Of a DNA stretch of 64,000 nt, positions 47,271 through 56,685 are shown in pieces. The notes beneath the pieces are model-generated. The model was given only the letters and a program-made list of their open reading frames with translations. It had not been told where the DNA came from and did not search any database. Position 1 is the stretch's first letter, and each line of letters begins with the position of its first letter. Where the stretch lies: positions 358-64,357 of the forward strand of contig JAZRZI010000029.1 in the NCBI GenBank assembly GCA_045601325.1. The letters are read 5' to 3'. The translations under genes and the position numbers were made by a program. The stretch comes from Bacilli bacterium (GTDB lineage: Bacteria; Bacillota_I; Bacilli_A; RFN20; CAG-826).

Positions 47271-48162
47271 GAAGATAAAATTCCAAAGGCAACGTTATAG
47301 TGTTAATGAGTTTGATGATTCTTGCTTACCAACGAATAGATTCAAACAATTTCTCGATATCATCAAAATTGAATGGAGAACCTTATTTAGAATCGGTTTT
47401 ATTCTTTTGCTATTCGCTATCCCTTTTGTAATTGCTACATTCTTTAGAGATTTCTTTATCTCAGCTTATAAATCTATCCTTACTGATAGTGGGGCGAGCC
47501 AAGAAGAAATACAAAGTGTTATTAATGTTATCACTGCGATATATTTGGGTGTCACTGCGATATGTTTTGTGATTTTCTCGGTTGGACTTGCGGGTGTTTC
47601 AAGAGTGATACAAAACTTGGTGTACGGAAATGGCTTTGTATTTAGATTTGACTTTGCCTTTGGTATTAAAAATAACGGCAAAAGATTTGTAATTACGGCT
47701 TTAATTCTCGGTATTTTTAACTTTTTAGTGCAGTTTAACAGTTTATATTTTTCACAGGCATCATCGTTTATTTTCCAAGTTATTAGATTTTTTGCGATAT
47801 GTTTATTCTTTATATTTGTATTGCCAATTGCCCTATTCTCTATGAGCAATCATGTGACTTATAAGATGACTGTTGGTGAATGTCTTTCAAATGGTTATAA
47901 GTGTACATTTGCAAGGTTCTTATTCACGTTTATTTTCTCTATTTTATTCTATGGAATTACTTTCATCGAATGGATTAGACACCCAGTATTTATCGCACTT
48001 GCGTATGTGCTATTAGTGATACTTATCTCACCTTTACTTTATCTTTCTTGGAGACTTTTTGCAGTTTCCACTTTTGATAAGCACATCAACAAAGATAACT
48101 ATCCTGAAATATATAGAAAGGGTCTCAGACCACTTCTTGAACAAGAAAGAGAGGAGAAATAG
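47254..48162 (+). CDS. polytopic membrane protein, YesL/DUF624-like (accessory to sugar ABC importers)
   Basis: About 6 TM helices and a basic N-terminus. Sits between ABC transporter components. Family assignment is tentative. Confidence 0.35.
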   Translation: MAKKNKKIKFQRQRYSVNEFDDSCLPTNRFKQFLDIIKIEWRTLFRIGFILLLFAIPFVIATFFRDFFISAYKSILTDSGASQEEIQSVINVITAIYLGVTAICFVIFSVGLAGVSRVIQNLVYGNGFVFRFDFAFGIKNNGKRFVITALILGIFNFLVQFNSLYFSQASSFIFQVIRFFAICLFFIFVLPIALFSMSNHVTYKMTVGECLSNGYKCTFARFLFTFIFSILFYGITFIEWIRHPVFIALAYVLLVILISPLLYLSWRLFAVSTFDKHINKDNYPEIYRKGLRPLLEQEREEK

Positions 48163-48164
48163 TC

Positions 48165-49037
48165 ATGGAGTTCCACCCTATCGAAATTATTAGATTATGT
48201 CCTTATTCTGCGATTGTGGCAGTACCTCCTACTGTCCCTCATGTAGCGGCGTTTGCAAAAATTGTATTTGTAGATAAGGGTTCTTGTGTCTTAGATTTTA
48301 ATGACAAAAGAGGTGATAAATTAGTGTCCCATAACCTTAAGGAAGGTGATGCTTTTATCGTGCCTAGTTATCAACCTTGCACGTATCACGTGAGTCCATC
48401 TGTTTCCTATTCTCATAGAGACATCTATTTAAGCGAAGAGATGTTAAAAGAAGCATGCGATTATGTCAAAGATGGTTTATATGATGAATTAAAGAATGGC
48501 CTTCCAAATATTATGCATCTTTCAACACCTTCTTTAATTTATTTTGCTGAGAGATGTTCGTTGCTTTTAGGAAAAGATATGACACCTGAAAAAGATGCGA
48601 TTAGAAAAGCAGTGGTGTTAGATTTTGTTTCTAGATGTGTCGCTAACGCAACCATCCAATTAGCGAGACCGGTTTGGATTAATGAATTATTAAGAAGAAT
48701 AGATGACGAAGAATTCCTATCTCTCTCTATTGAAGATATGGTCGTTACTACAAACTACTCTCATGGTTATGTTAATAGAAAATTTAAGAAATATATGGGT
48801 TGTTCATTAAAGCATTTTGTGAACGCAAGAAAGTTAGAACTATCCAGTATTATGCTTGCTACTAGTGATGTAACATTACAAGAAATTGTTATTAGATTAG
48901 GATTCACAACCACTAGTAGTTTTATTACATTATTTAAAGAAAAATATGGTATTACTCCATGGCAATATAGAAAGACTCAAAGTGCTTACATTTCTAAAGA
49001 TTCTTATTCTAAATGGGGACGACCTAAAGAATTGTAG
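48165..49037 (+). CDS. AraC-family transcriptional regulator
   Basis: C-terminal AraC HTH (LKHFVNARKLELSSIML...GFTTTSSFITLFKEKYGITP). Confidence 0.8.
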   Translation: MEFHPIEIIRLCPYSAIVAVPPTVPHVAAFAKIVFVDKGSCVLDFNDKRGDKLVSHNLKEGDAFIVPSYQPCTYHVSPSVSYSHRDIYLSEEMLKEACDYVKDGLYDELKNGLPNIMHLSTPSLIYFAERCSLLLGKDMTPEKDAIRKAVVLDFVSRCVANATIQLARPVWINELLRRIDDEEFLSLSIEDMVVTTNYSHGYVNRKFKKYMGCSLKHFVNARKLELSSIMLATSDVTLQEIVIRLGFTTTSSFITLFKEKYGITPWQYRKTQSAYISKDSYSKWGRPKEL

Positions 49038-49121
49038 TAATGTCAAAAAAACAATATTTTATACGAAAAAAAATGTATAAGCGCATAATGCGTGTATATA
49101 TAATTAGGTTAGGTACATATT

Positions 49122-50000
49122 TTGGAATCGACAAAACTTAAGAAAAACAAACCATTAAAGCAGGACCGTGGAATTAAGATTACTTTCACAGTTATTTTCG
49201 CTATTTTCTCAGCGATGATTCTTTTTCCGTTCTTATGGATTTTATTAAACTCTTTCAAAAATGGCTATGATGAATTCTCTGCTTCTAGCTGGGCATTACC
49301 TGAGACATGGATGTTCTCTAACTATGCAGTTATTTTTAAATACGAAGAATTTAACATTGCTGAAATGTTTATCAACACTGTTATCTTGTGTTTGATTACT
49401 CCTACTTGTAGTTTGGTTTCCACAATCTTAGCGTCCTATGCGATGGCTAAATATAAGTTCAAAGGTCAAAAGATTATATACGCTATTTATATTTTACCTA
49501 TGCTGGTATCAATTACCGGCACAGTCACATCCACCTTCTTATTGATGGAGAAATGGAACTTATTAGGTAATTATTGGGGGATTGCAGTTATGGCTTGTGG
49601 TGGTACTGGCTTTAACTTTTTAATGATGTATTCCCTATTTAAAGGTGTATCTAACGCATATTCAGAAGCTGCAACCATCGATGGTGCAGGACACTTCCGT
49701 ACATTTTTCCAAGTCAACCTTCCACACGTTATGGGCTTAGCGGGTACAATGTGGGTTTTGGGCTTTGTCGGTACATGGAATGACTACGCGACACCAAAAA
49801 TCTTCTTAGGCAGTGACCACTTAACAATCGCTACTGGTGTTGAAAAGATTGGTGAATTAGTTGAAGCGGTTAGTGATTTCACTAATAACTACCCTGCTTA
49901 CTTTGCTGCTGTTATTCTTTCCTTAATCCCAGTTGTAACAATATTCTTAATTTTCCAAAAACAAATCATGAAAATGAGCCTTGGTGGCGGAATTAAATAA
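49122..50000 (+). CDS. carbohydrate ABC transporter permease (MalG/YesQ type)
   Basis: TTG start. 6 TM helices. EAA loop EAATIDGAGHFRTFFQVNLP. Confidence 0.8.
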   Translation: MESTKLKKNKPLKQDRGIKITFTVIFAIFSAMILFPFLWILLNSFKNGYDEFSASSWALPETWMFSNYAVIFKYEEFNIAEMFINTVILCLITPTCSLVSTILASYAMAKYKFKGQKIIYAIYILPMLVSITGTVTSTFLLMEKWNLLGNYWGIAVMACGGTGFNFLMMYSLFKGVSNAYSEAATIDGAGHFRTFFQVNLPHVMGLAGTMWVLGFVGTWNDYATPKIFLGSDHLTIATGVEKIGELVEAVSDFTNNYPAYFAAVILSLIPVVTIFLIFQKQIMKMSLGGGIK

Positions 50001-50019
50001 AAATTAAAGGAGTTTTATT

Positions 50020-51615
50020 ATGAAAAAACAATTAAAACTTATGGTTCTATCATTAGCAACTCTTGCTACTTCAGCGGCTTTAATTGGCTGTGGCCGCGGC
50101 ACTGGTGGTGATGATGAAAAACCATTCACAATTATGTATTACCCTGGTGGTTATGGTGATCAATGGTTAAGAGATTTTGCTAAAGAGACATTAGCGATTG
50201 AAAAAGGTTGCACACCTGAAGAAATCGTTGAAGGCAAAGATTTTAAGTTAGTCGCTGACGCTGAACCATCCACAGATACTAACTTAAAGAGTAAAACAAA
50301 ATGTCCTGATTTAATTTTCTCTAACGGTTTCTCTGCAAGCCAAATTTCTTCTGGCTTAATTGAACAAATTCAAGATGTTTATGATGCAGAAGTAGAAACT
50401 AGCAAAGGTAAGATGGCTATTAAAGACTATTTAATTGATGATTGCGCTCAACAATTCTGTTTCCAAAAACGTTATGGGCAAGGTCAAAGATTAGCCTATG
50501 GTTTACCAATGACTAACATCCCTATTTCCATTGCTTATAACGAAACTATCCTATTAAAGACTCCTCATGATGCTTCTAATCCATATGAATCAAAGATGCT
50601 TGAAGGCACCATTGATGCAACTACAAAGAAATGGACAAGAGCACCTCAAACAGTTGATGAGTTAAAAGCATATTGGTATGACCTTGATCAATCTAATCCA
50701 TCTTTAGTTAAATTCGGCTGGTCATTAGCGGATGGCTCTAACTGGTTTGAACCTTTATACGCGACATGGTGGGCTGAAGCTCAAGGCTTAGATCAACCTC
50801 ATATGTATAAATCCGAAGGTTCATACTATGACTTCTGGGAATATGGTTCAGCAGAAATTTATAAGCAAACAGGTATTCAAAAAGCTTTTGAAACTGTTCA
50901 ATCTTTAATTGTTAAAAACGGTGAATTCGTTAACAGCCACCCTAACTACAAAACATTTAATATTAAGGATATGCAAAGCGCGTTCGCACGTGGAGAAATG
51001 GCTATGTGTTTAACTGGCGACTTCTTTGAACACGAATATGCTGATATTCTCAAGAATAATACAGATTCTTTCAAATTGATGAGAATTCCTTCAATCGAAG
51101 GCGCTGAAACTAATTCAGATGGTTCAGTTAAGAAATTAACATTTGTTAACACATCTAGTGTTTTGTTTGTTCCTAGTGGTGCTAAACACAAAGAGCTTGC
51201 TAAGAAATTCTTAATCTACTCTTCTCAAGAAGCTCAAGTCATTAGATTCTTAAAAGAAACTGGTGGTATTAGACCATTCCAATTTGATCCATATGAACTT
51301 TGCCCTGATTATGAATTCACTACATTCCAAGCATCAACTTTGGATTTATATTTCCACGCTGATGATTTACTTATGAAATATCCTAGAAACGCAGCAGATA
51401 AGAATAATATCTCACCAATCTACATTTATGAAGGCGTTAACGCAAGATTATTCTCAGTCACTGACTACGCTTCATTACTTTATGCAATTAAGGATTACAC
51501 ACCAAAGCAAGTCTGTATCGAAACAGTTTACGATGGTAAAGTTAAAAAATTTGAATCCTTATACGATCGTGCAAAAACAGCCTTTGACAACTGGCGTTAT
51601 ATTTACGGTCTTTAA
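50020..51615 (+). CDS. extracellular solute-binding lipoprotein of a carbohydrate ABC importer
   Basis: RBS AAGGAG. Signal peptide plus lipobox LIGC. SBP-family-1 size. Flanked by permeases. Confidence 0.7.
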   Translation: MKKQLKLMVLSLATLATSAALIGCGRGTGGDDEKPFTIMYYPGGYGDQWLRDFAKETLAIEKGCTPEEIVEGKDFKLVADAEPSTDTNLKSKTKCPDLIFSNGFSASQISSGLIEQIQDVYDAEVETSKGKMAIKDYLIDDCAQQFCFQKRYGQGQRLAYGLPMTNIPISIAYNETILLKTPHDASNPYESKMLEGTIDATTKKWTRAPQTVDELKAYWYDLDQSNPSLVKFGWSLADGSNWFEPLYATWWAEAQGLDQPHMYKSEGSYYDFWEYGSAEIYKQTGIQKAFETVQSLIVKNGEFVNSHPNYKTFNIKDMQSAFARGEMAMCLTGDFFEHEYADILKNNTDSFKLMRIPSIEGAETNSDGSVKKLTFVNTSSVLFVPSGAKHKELAKKFLIYSSQEAQVIRFLKETGGIRPFQFDPYELCPDYEFTTFQASTLDLYFHADDLLMKYPRNAADKNNISPIYIYEGVNARLFSVTDYASLLYAIKDYTPKQVCIETVYDGKVKKFESLYDRAKTAFDNWRYIYGL

Positions 51616-51641
51616 TACTTAAAACTATTTAGGAGAATACA

Positions 51642-52589
51642 GTGGTTATTAAAAAGAAAGTTCCATTTTCTACATCATTAAAGAAATACCTTTTCGTATT
51701 CTCCTTTTTAGCTATTTCTTTAACTAACTTTGCAATCTTCTGGCTTTATATTAACTTTGATACCATTAGATTGACATTGTTTACATTTAAACCTGCAACT
51801 CAAACTTACCAGTGGAATAACTTTAGAAACTACACCGAATTAATCAAATATACTTTCTCACCTGAATATAGAAAGCCTGAAATGTGGTTAGCGTTCGTTA
51901 ACACGTTTAGAGCGTTAATTATTAATTTGGCTATTTTCCCTCTTGCTCTTATTGTTGCATATGCATTTTATAAACGCATTCCTGGCACGAAAGCATTTAG
52001 AGTTATTTTCTACCTACCTAGCATTATTTCTATTGTTATCTTAGCAATGGCATACAAAGCAATGTTTAGAGCAGGAACAGGACCTATTTGGCAATTCTTT
52101 GCTAACTTTGGTTACACACCCGAGTGGTTATCTGCTACTCCGGATAGTAAAACTATATGGCCATGTATTTATTTCTTCTCAATCGTCAATGGTATGGGCA
52201 CTAACGTTATCTTAATGGCTAGCGCTATGCAACGTATACCTAACGAGGTTAGTGAAGCTTCACGTCTTGATGGTTGTGGGTTCTTTAGAGAATTATTCTC
52301 TGTTACAGTACCATGTATTATGCCAACAATTACATCTTGGATGACTATGATCTTCACTTCTGTATTTGGTTTCTATTTACAACCGATGCTTATTGGCACT
52401 GACCCAGTTGATGGCAAAACAATGACGATTCCATGGCAAATCTTTAACGCTGCTGCTGCTGGTAGCAGTAATATGAACACTTTAATTGGCGCTGCTACAA
52501 GTGGTATCTTCTTATCTCTATTTATGCTTCCGTTTGTCTTAATTATGAGATACGTAATGAATAAATTAACACCGGAGGTAACTTACTAA
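51642..52589 (+). CDS. carbohydrate ABC transporter permease (MalF/YesP type)
   Basis: GTG start. EAA loop EASRLDGCGFFRELFSVTVP. 6 TM helices. Confidence 0.8.
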   Translation: MVIKKKVPFSTSLKKYLFVFSFLAISLTNFAIFWLYINFDTIRLTLFTFKPATQTYQWNNFRNYTELIKYTFSPEYRKPEMWLAFVNTFRALIINLAIFPLALIVAYAFYKRIPGTKAFRVIFYLPSIISIVILAMAYKAMFRAGTGPIWQFFANFGYTPEWLSATPDSKTIWPCIYFFSIVNGMGTNVILMASAMQRIPNEVSEASRLDGCGFFRELFSVTVPCIMPTITSWMTMIFTSVFGFYLQPMLIGTDPVDGKTMTIPWQIFNAAAAGSSNMNTLIGAATSGIFLSLFMLPFVLIMRYVMNKLTPEVTY

Positions 52590-55273
52590 TGAAAAAGACT
52601 CCAGCTCTTATGCTTTTAAGTGGATTAGCCGCAGTGCTTGGCTTATCACTTGCTCCTAAAAATATGCATCTAGGTGATGCTTATTTTGTAAAATCAGCAG
52701 AATTTTATGATGATTTTGACGGTAACTCAATTAAGCCAGAATGGACAACGAGCAATGATGCTTCTTTAAGTAATGACTATTCATCTTTAAAGCTTGAACC
52801 ACAAGCCTATGAATGGGGTGGCCATGTTTTATTAACCGAATATGAAATTGAAAAAACAGTTAAGATTACATACGACATTCAGGATTTAGGATGTAATGGT
52901 TGGTTTGGTTTCTCATATGGTAATCCAAACAAAACATCACCTTTCCATGAATCAAATGCCGCATTTATTTTTGCTAATGACACAATTTTATACTTTGACC
53001 ATGTCGATAAAGATATTGTCGATGATACCGGTATTAGATTCCCGTTTTCTTTTATCACCGGCACATCTCATTTGAGAAGAACTGTTGAAGTTACTTTGGA
53101 AAGACAACCTAATAAAACATATATAGGTGGCATCAAAATCTTTGAAATGTCCGGTTCATTAGTTGGACAACAAGACAATATTGAGATGCCTTGTGTTGAT
53201 GGTTATATTGGTTTTAACTCCAACTTCACTAACGCAGAAATTTTCTCAATTAAAATTGAAAATGAAAATGGTGGAGTGGAATATTATGATGACTTCTCTA
53301 CAAGCGAATGTTCCTATTTAACCAAGACTGTCGCGGGTTCTGAGTGGAACTCAGTTTCTTTTAACGAAACAGAATTAAAGTTAGGTAAAAAGAACAAATT
53401 AAATTTAGCTAATGTCGATAGTTATGCGACTTATGGCGAATCATATTCTAAACCATCAAATAATGATTTAGATAACTTATATACTTTATCCGCTGATATT
53501 TTCCTTGGTTCTTTGGATATCGGATTAGAAACCGGTATTGAAATCGGTAAGAAAACACCTTCAAGTAAGGGTTATTTCCTTGGTTTAAGAAAGAGAACTT
53601 TTGGATATGCATTAGTGGTTTACGAACCAGATAGTGAGACTGAAACTTCTATTGCTTGCCCTGAAGAAACAAGCGATATGATTATTTCCTTAACTGTTGA
53701 AGTATTCTCTGATGGTTCAGTTATTGCTAGTACGCCTCACGTTAGAGATGTTTCTAAAGTTGAAAACGTGGAAGGCTATTTTGGCGTTGCAACTAGAAAC
53801 CACAACAGTGGCACTGGTTCTAGAGGTGGCATGATTAATACATTCTCTTATAACAAATCAAGTTATAGAGAAAGAATTCAAGAAGATATATCCATTAACT
53901 TTAATGGCACTAAAGAAGAAGTTGATGAAGGCTATACATACTATGATTTCTACTATAATAAAGAATTCTGGTTTACTGGTGACACTATTAAGCAATCAAT
54001 GTATAAAACTGGCCAAACAGATGGTTATTTAACATTCTCCAGTGCATCTCCAACAGCATGTTTTGGTCCAAAAGTCAAAATATCAGAAGCTATCGTTAGA
54101 TTTGATATTGAAATGATTTCTAGTCCAGAAACATTAATTGATGGTGCTTGCTTAGGTTTGCAATTTGGCAAACAAAACATCGGTTCGCTTTTTGAAAACG
54201 TTCCTTCTCTAGGCCTAGCTTATTATCCTGATCCATCAAATGGCGAAGTATATTGCACAAACGCATTCAAGACTAATTGTGAATACGCTGAAGGATATGA
54301 TGGAATTATTAAAGATTCCACTGGAAAATCATTCAATATGTTTGAAAAAGGTAATAAGTATACCTTCTTATACATCATTAGAAACGGCACAATTTCTATG
54401 GCATTTAAATCTAGCGAGGAAGATGAAAAAGTCTTATTAACTCCTAGAGCGGTTGTTGCTTTGGAAGATACTGATGGTTACATGACTATCTTTGGCGCAA
54501 ATGGCATTTCATTCATGCTTGATAACGTTAGCTACGTTAACTTAGATCACGCTCTTCCAACAGGTTCTTCTGTTTCTGTTGATGGATATCAAAGCACAAC
54601 TAGGTATGATTTTAGAAAAGATAAAGATTTTTCTGGTTTGCTTTTAGATAATGCTTCTATCAAAAACAATGCGATGAGAATCTCAGAAGGTGGTTCTATC
54701 AAGACTCAAAACAATGTCGCAAGCAATATCTTACGTTTCCAAACAGAAAATATTGAAAACACATTAAGAGTCAATCAAGGTAACTTAAAGATTGATTTAG
54801 TTTGCGATTCTTCTAATAAGATTACAGTTAAAGATTTATCTCATAGTTACACATTAGACTTAGGAAATAATTTTAACTTTAACGGTGCGAATTTTGAAAT
54901 TGTTACCTTTGGTAATAAATTAGAAATTTCTTATAGCAGTGGCGGACTTCCACTTGCGAGAATGTATAGAAATACAGTGACATACGAAATTGATCCAGTT
55001 ACTACATTTGATAAATTAGCTTTAACTAGCATCAACGGTATTTCTTCTATCTACTCTATCTCTTTATTTAACTTAGATTCACATTGCTATATCGAAACAA
55101 GAAACTATAATCCTGAAACTGATGAAATTAATCCTTGGCCAGAACGTGAATCTATCCCAGTGATTAAATATGGTGGATGTGGTGGTTCACTAATGAGCAC
55201 ATCGATCCTTATTACTGTATTATCCATATCATTATTCACAGTGCTTGTGATTTTAAGAAAGAAGGAGGACTAA
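52589..55273 (+). CDS. large secreted surface protein (concanavalin-like/beta-sandwich domains) with a C-terminal GCGGS-TM-RKKED anchor
   Basis: Signal peptide. The C-terminus is YGGCGGSLMSTSILITVLSISLFTVLVILRKKED. Confidence 0.55.
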   Translation: MKKTPALMLLSGLAAVLGLSLAPKNMHLGDAYFVKSAEFYDDFDGNSIKPEWTTSNDASLSNDYSSLKLEPQAYEWGGHVLLTEYEIEKTVKITYDIQDLGCNGWFGFSYGNPNKTSPFHESNAAFIFANDTILYFDHVDKDIVDDTGIRFPFSFITGTSHLRRTVEVTLERQPNKTYIGGIKIFEMSGSLVGQQDNIEMPCVDGYIGFNSNFTNAEIFSIKIENENGGVEYYDDFSTSECSYLTKTVAGSEWNSVSFNETELKLGKKNKLNLANVDSYATYGESYSKPSNNDLDNLYTLSADIFLGSLDIGLETGIEIGKKTPSSKGYFLGLRKRTFGYALVVYEPDSETETSIACPEETSDMIISLTVEVFSDGSVIASTPHVRDVSKVENVEGYFGVATRNHNSGTGSRGGMINTFSYNKSSYRERIQEDISINFNGTKEEVDEGYTYYDFYYNKEFWFTGDTIKQSMYKTGQTDGYLTFSSASPTACFGPKVKISEAIVRFDIEMISSPETLIDGACLGLQFGKQNIGSLFENVPSLGLAYYPDPSNGEVYCTNAFKTNCEYAEGYDGIIKDSTGKSFNMFEKGNKYTFLYIIRNGTISMAFKSSEEDEKVLLTPRAVVALEDTDGYMTIFGANGISFMLDNVSYVNLDHALPTGSSVSVDGYQSTTRYDFRKDKDFSGLLLDNASIKNNAMRISEGGSIKTQNNVASNILRFQTENIENTLRVNQGNLKIDLVCDSSNKITVKDLSHSYTLDLGNNFNFNGANFEIVTFGNKLEISYSSGGLPLARMYRNTVTYEIDPVTTFDKLALTSINGISSIYSISLFNLDSHCYIETRNYNPETDEINPWPERESIPVIKYGGCGGSLMSTSILITVLSISLFTVLVILRKKED

Positions 55274-55275
55274 TT

Positions 55276-56550
55276 ATGAAAAGAAAAGTGTTTAACACCG
55301 CTATTTTAACTGCCCTTATATGCTTATCTGCATCTGTTACAACCGGTTGCAATAAAAGAGTATGGCATTATAATTACGACAATTTCTTTGGAATGTGTGA
55401 ACTTACCGGTGAATACTCCAATGGTGTCGATACTGCTTTAACTAATGATGCAGTGGCAAGCAAAGCTAAAATCATGGGAGTTAAATCATTCCGTATTTGG
55501 TTGTCTCCAAAAGATATGTTCATTGTCGATGATGAAGATAACTTGACCATTAAAGAATCTTATTATGCGGTTATAAAAGACCACATGGATAAATTGAGTG
55601 AAGCGGGTGTCCAAAACTTTGACATTATGTACACAACCTTCATGTTCCCTAAGGATTATTTACCAACTACAGGCTATGTTGTTCCAGATCCAATGAGTGA
55701 ATACGATTCTTATATTAGATTCTTAAATTTAAACGGCAAAGCTGCAGCATTAATTAAAGAATACTTACCTCAGACCACAATTATTGAACCAGGAAACGAA
55801 CCTGATTTCCAACTCTCAAACTGTATTCATAAAAATGGTTTTGTCTTTGGTGGCTCTATGGCGGTCAATGGTGAATACCTTTTCACTGATGAAGAAAAAG
55901 CTAGCATTATTGATGATATGTGTTGGTATTGTCGTCATTACCTTAATGAGGCTGGATATAAAGACACATGTAAAGTTGCTATACCTGGTTTGACTAACTT
56001 AAGTACCACTCCTGATTTCTTGGATTTGATGTACGATAGAATTAAATCTAAATGTTTACCAGCTGGACAACCTAAGAGTGACACTAATGTTGATAATTAT
56101 TTCGATTATTTAAACTTCCACCCGTACACATTTAATAAAACCAACACAATTGACCAAGAATGGATTGATTTCTATAAAGAATTATATCAAGCCGCTCCTG
56201 ATCATGGTGATGATGGTAGACCAATTATTTGCACTGAATTTGGTCAAACTGACTGGGGCTATGCTGATCCAGAAATCTTAGCCAGCACTCAAGAACATAT
56301 CGCAGAAGTTTATGTCACATTCTTCGATACAATTAAAAGAGAATTCCCAATGGTGGAATCGGTATATTGCTTCAGAATGTTCACACTTGTTCACCAAAAC
56401 GTTAATGATGGTGAAAATAACTTTGGTATTTTCTATAACCCTGATGATCCAACACGTTCTTGTAAAGCAAAACCTGCTGCAAAAGCAATTGCTAAATACT
56501 TTAATGGCGATGACTTTGATGTATCAATGTTAGATAAAGTAGTCTTATAA
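55276..56550 (+). CDS. lipoprotein, clan GH-A (TIM-barrel) glycoside hydrolase
   Basis: RBS GAAGGAGG. Lipobox TTGC. Acid/base candidate in IIEPGNEP and nucleophile candidate in ICTEFG, typical of the GH5/GH30/GH39 clan. Confidence 0.55.
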   Translation: MKRKVFNTAILTALICLSASVTTGCNKRVWHYNYDNFFGMCELTGEYSNGVDTALTNDAVASKAKIMGVKSFRIWLSPKDMFIVDDEDNLTIKESYYAVIKDHMDKLSEAGVQNFDIMYTTFMFPKDYLPTTGYVVPDPMSEYDSYIRFLNLNGKAAALIKEYLPQTTIIEPGNEPDFQLSNCIHKNGFVFGGSMAVNGEYLFTDEEKASIIDDMCWYCRHYLNEAGYKDTCKVAIPGLTNLSTTPDFLDLMYDRIKSKCLPAGQPKSDTNVDNYFDYLNFHPYTFNKTNTIDQEWIDFYKELYQAAPDHGDDGRPIICTEFGQTDWGYADPEILASTQEHIAEVYVTFFDTIKREFPMVESVYCFRMFTLVHQNVNDGENNFGIFYNPDDPTRSCKAKPAAKAIAKYFNGDDFDVSMLDKVVL

Positions 56551-56573
56551 TTTAAATTACTGTCACGAAACTA

Positions 56574-56605
56574 AGACATTCTTTAAAAGGATGTCTTTTT
56601 ATATT
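56574..56605 (+). terminator. rho-independent terminator
   Basis: Hairpin agacat..atgtct followed by TTTTTATATTTTT. Confidence 0.45.
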
Positions 56606-56685
56606 TTTACACTTATGTTGTTATTTTTATACTTTATCTATTTTTAATCTTGAGAATTATATTAATATAATCTTAAGGCATTATT

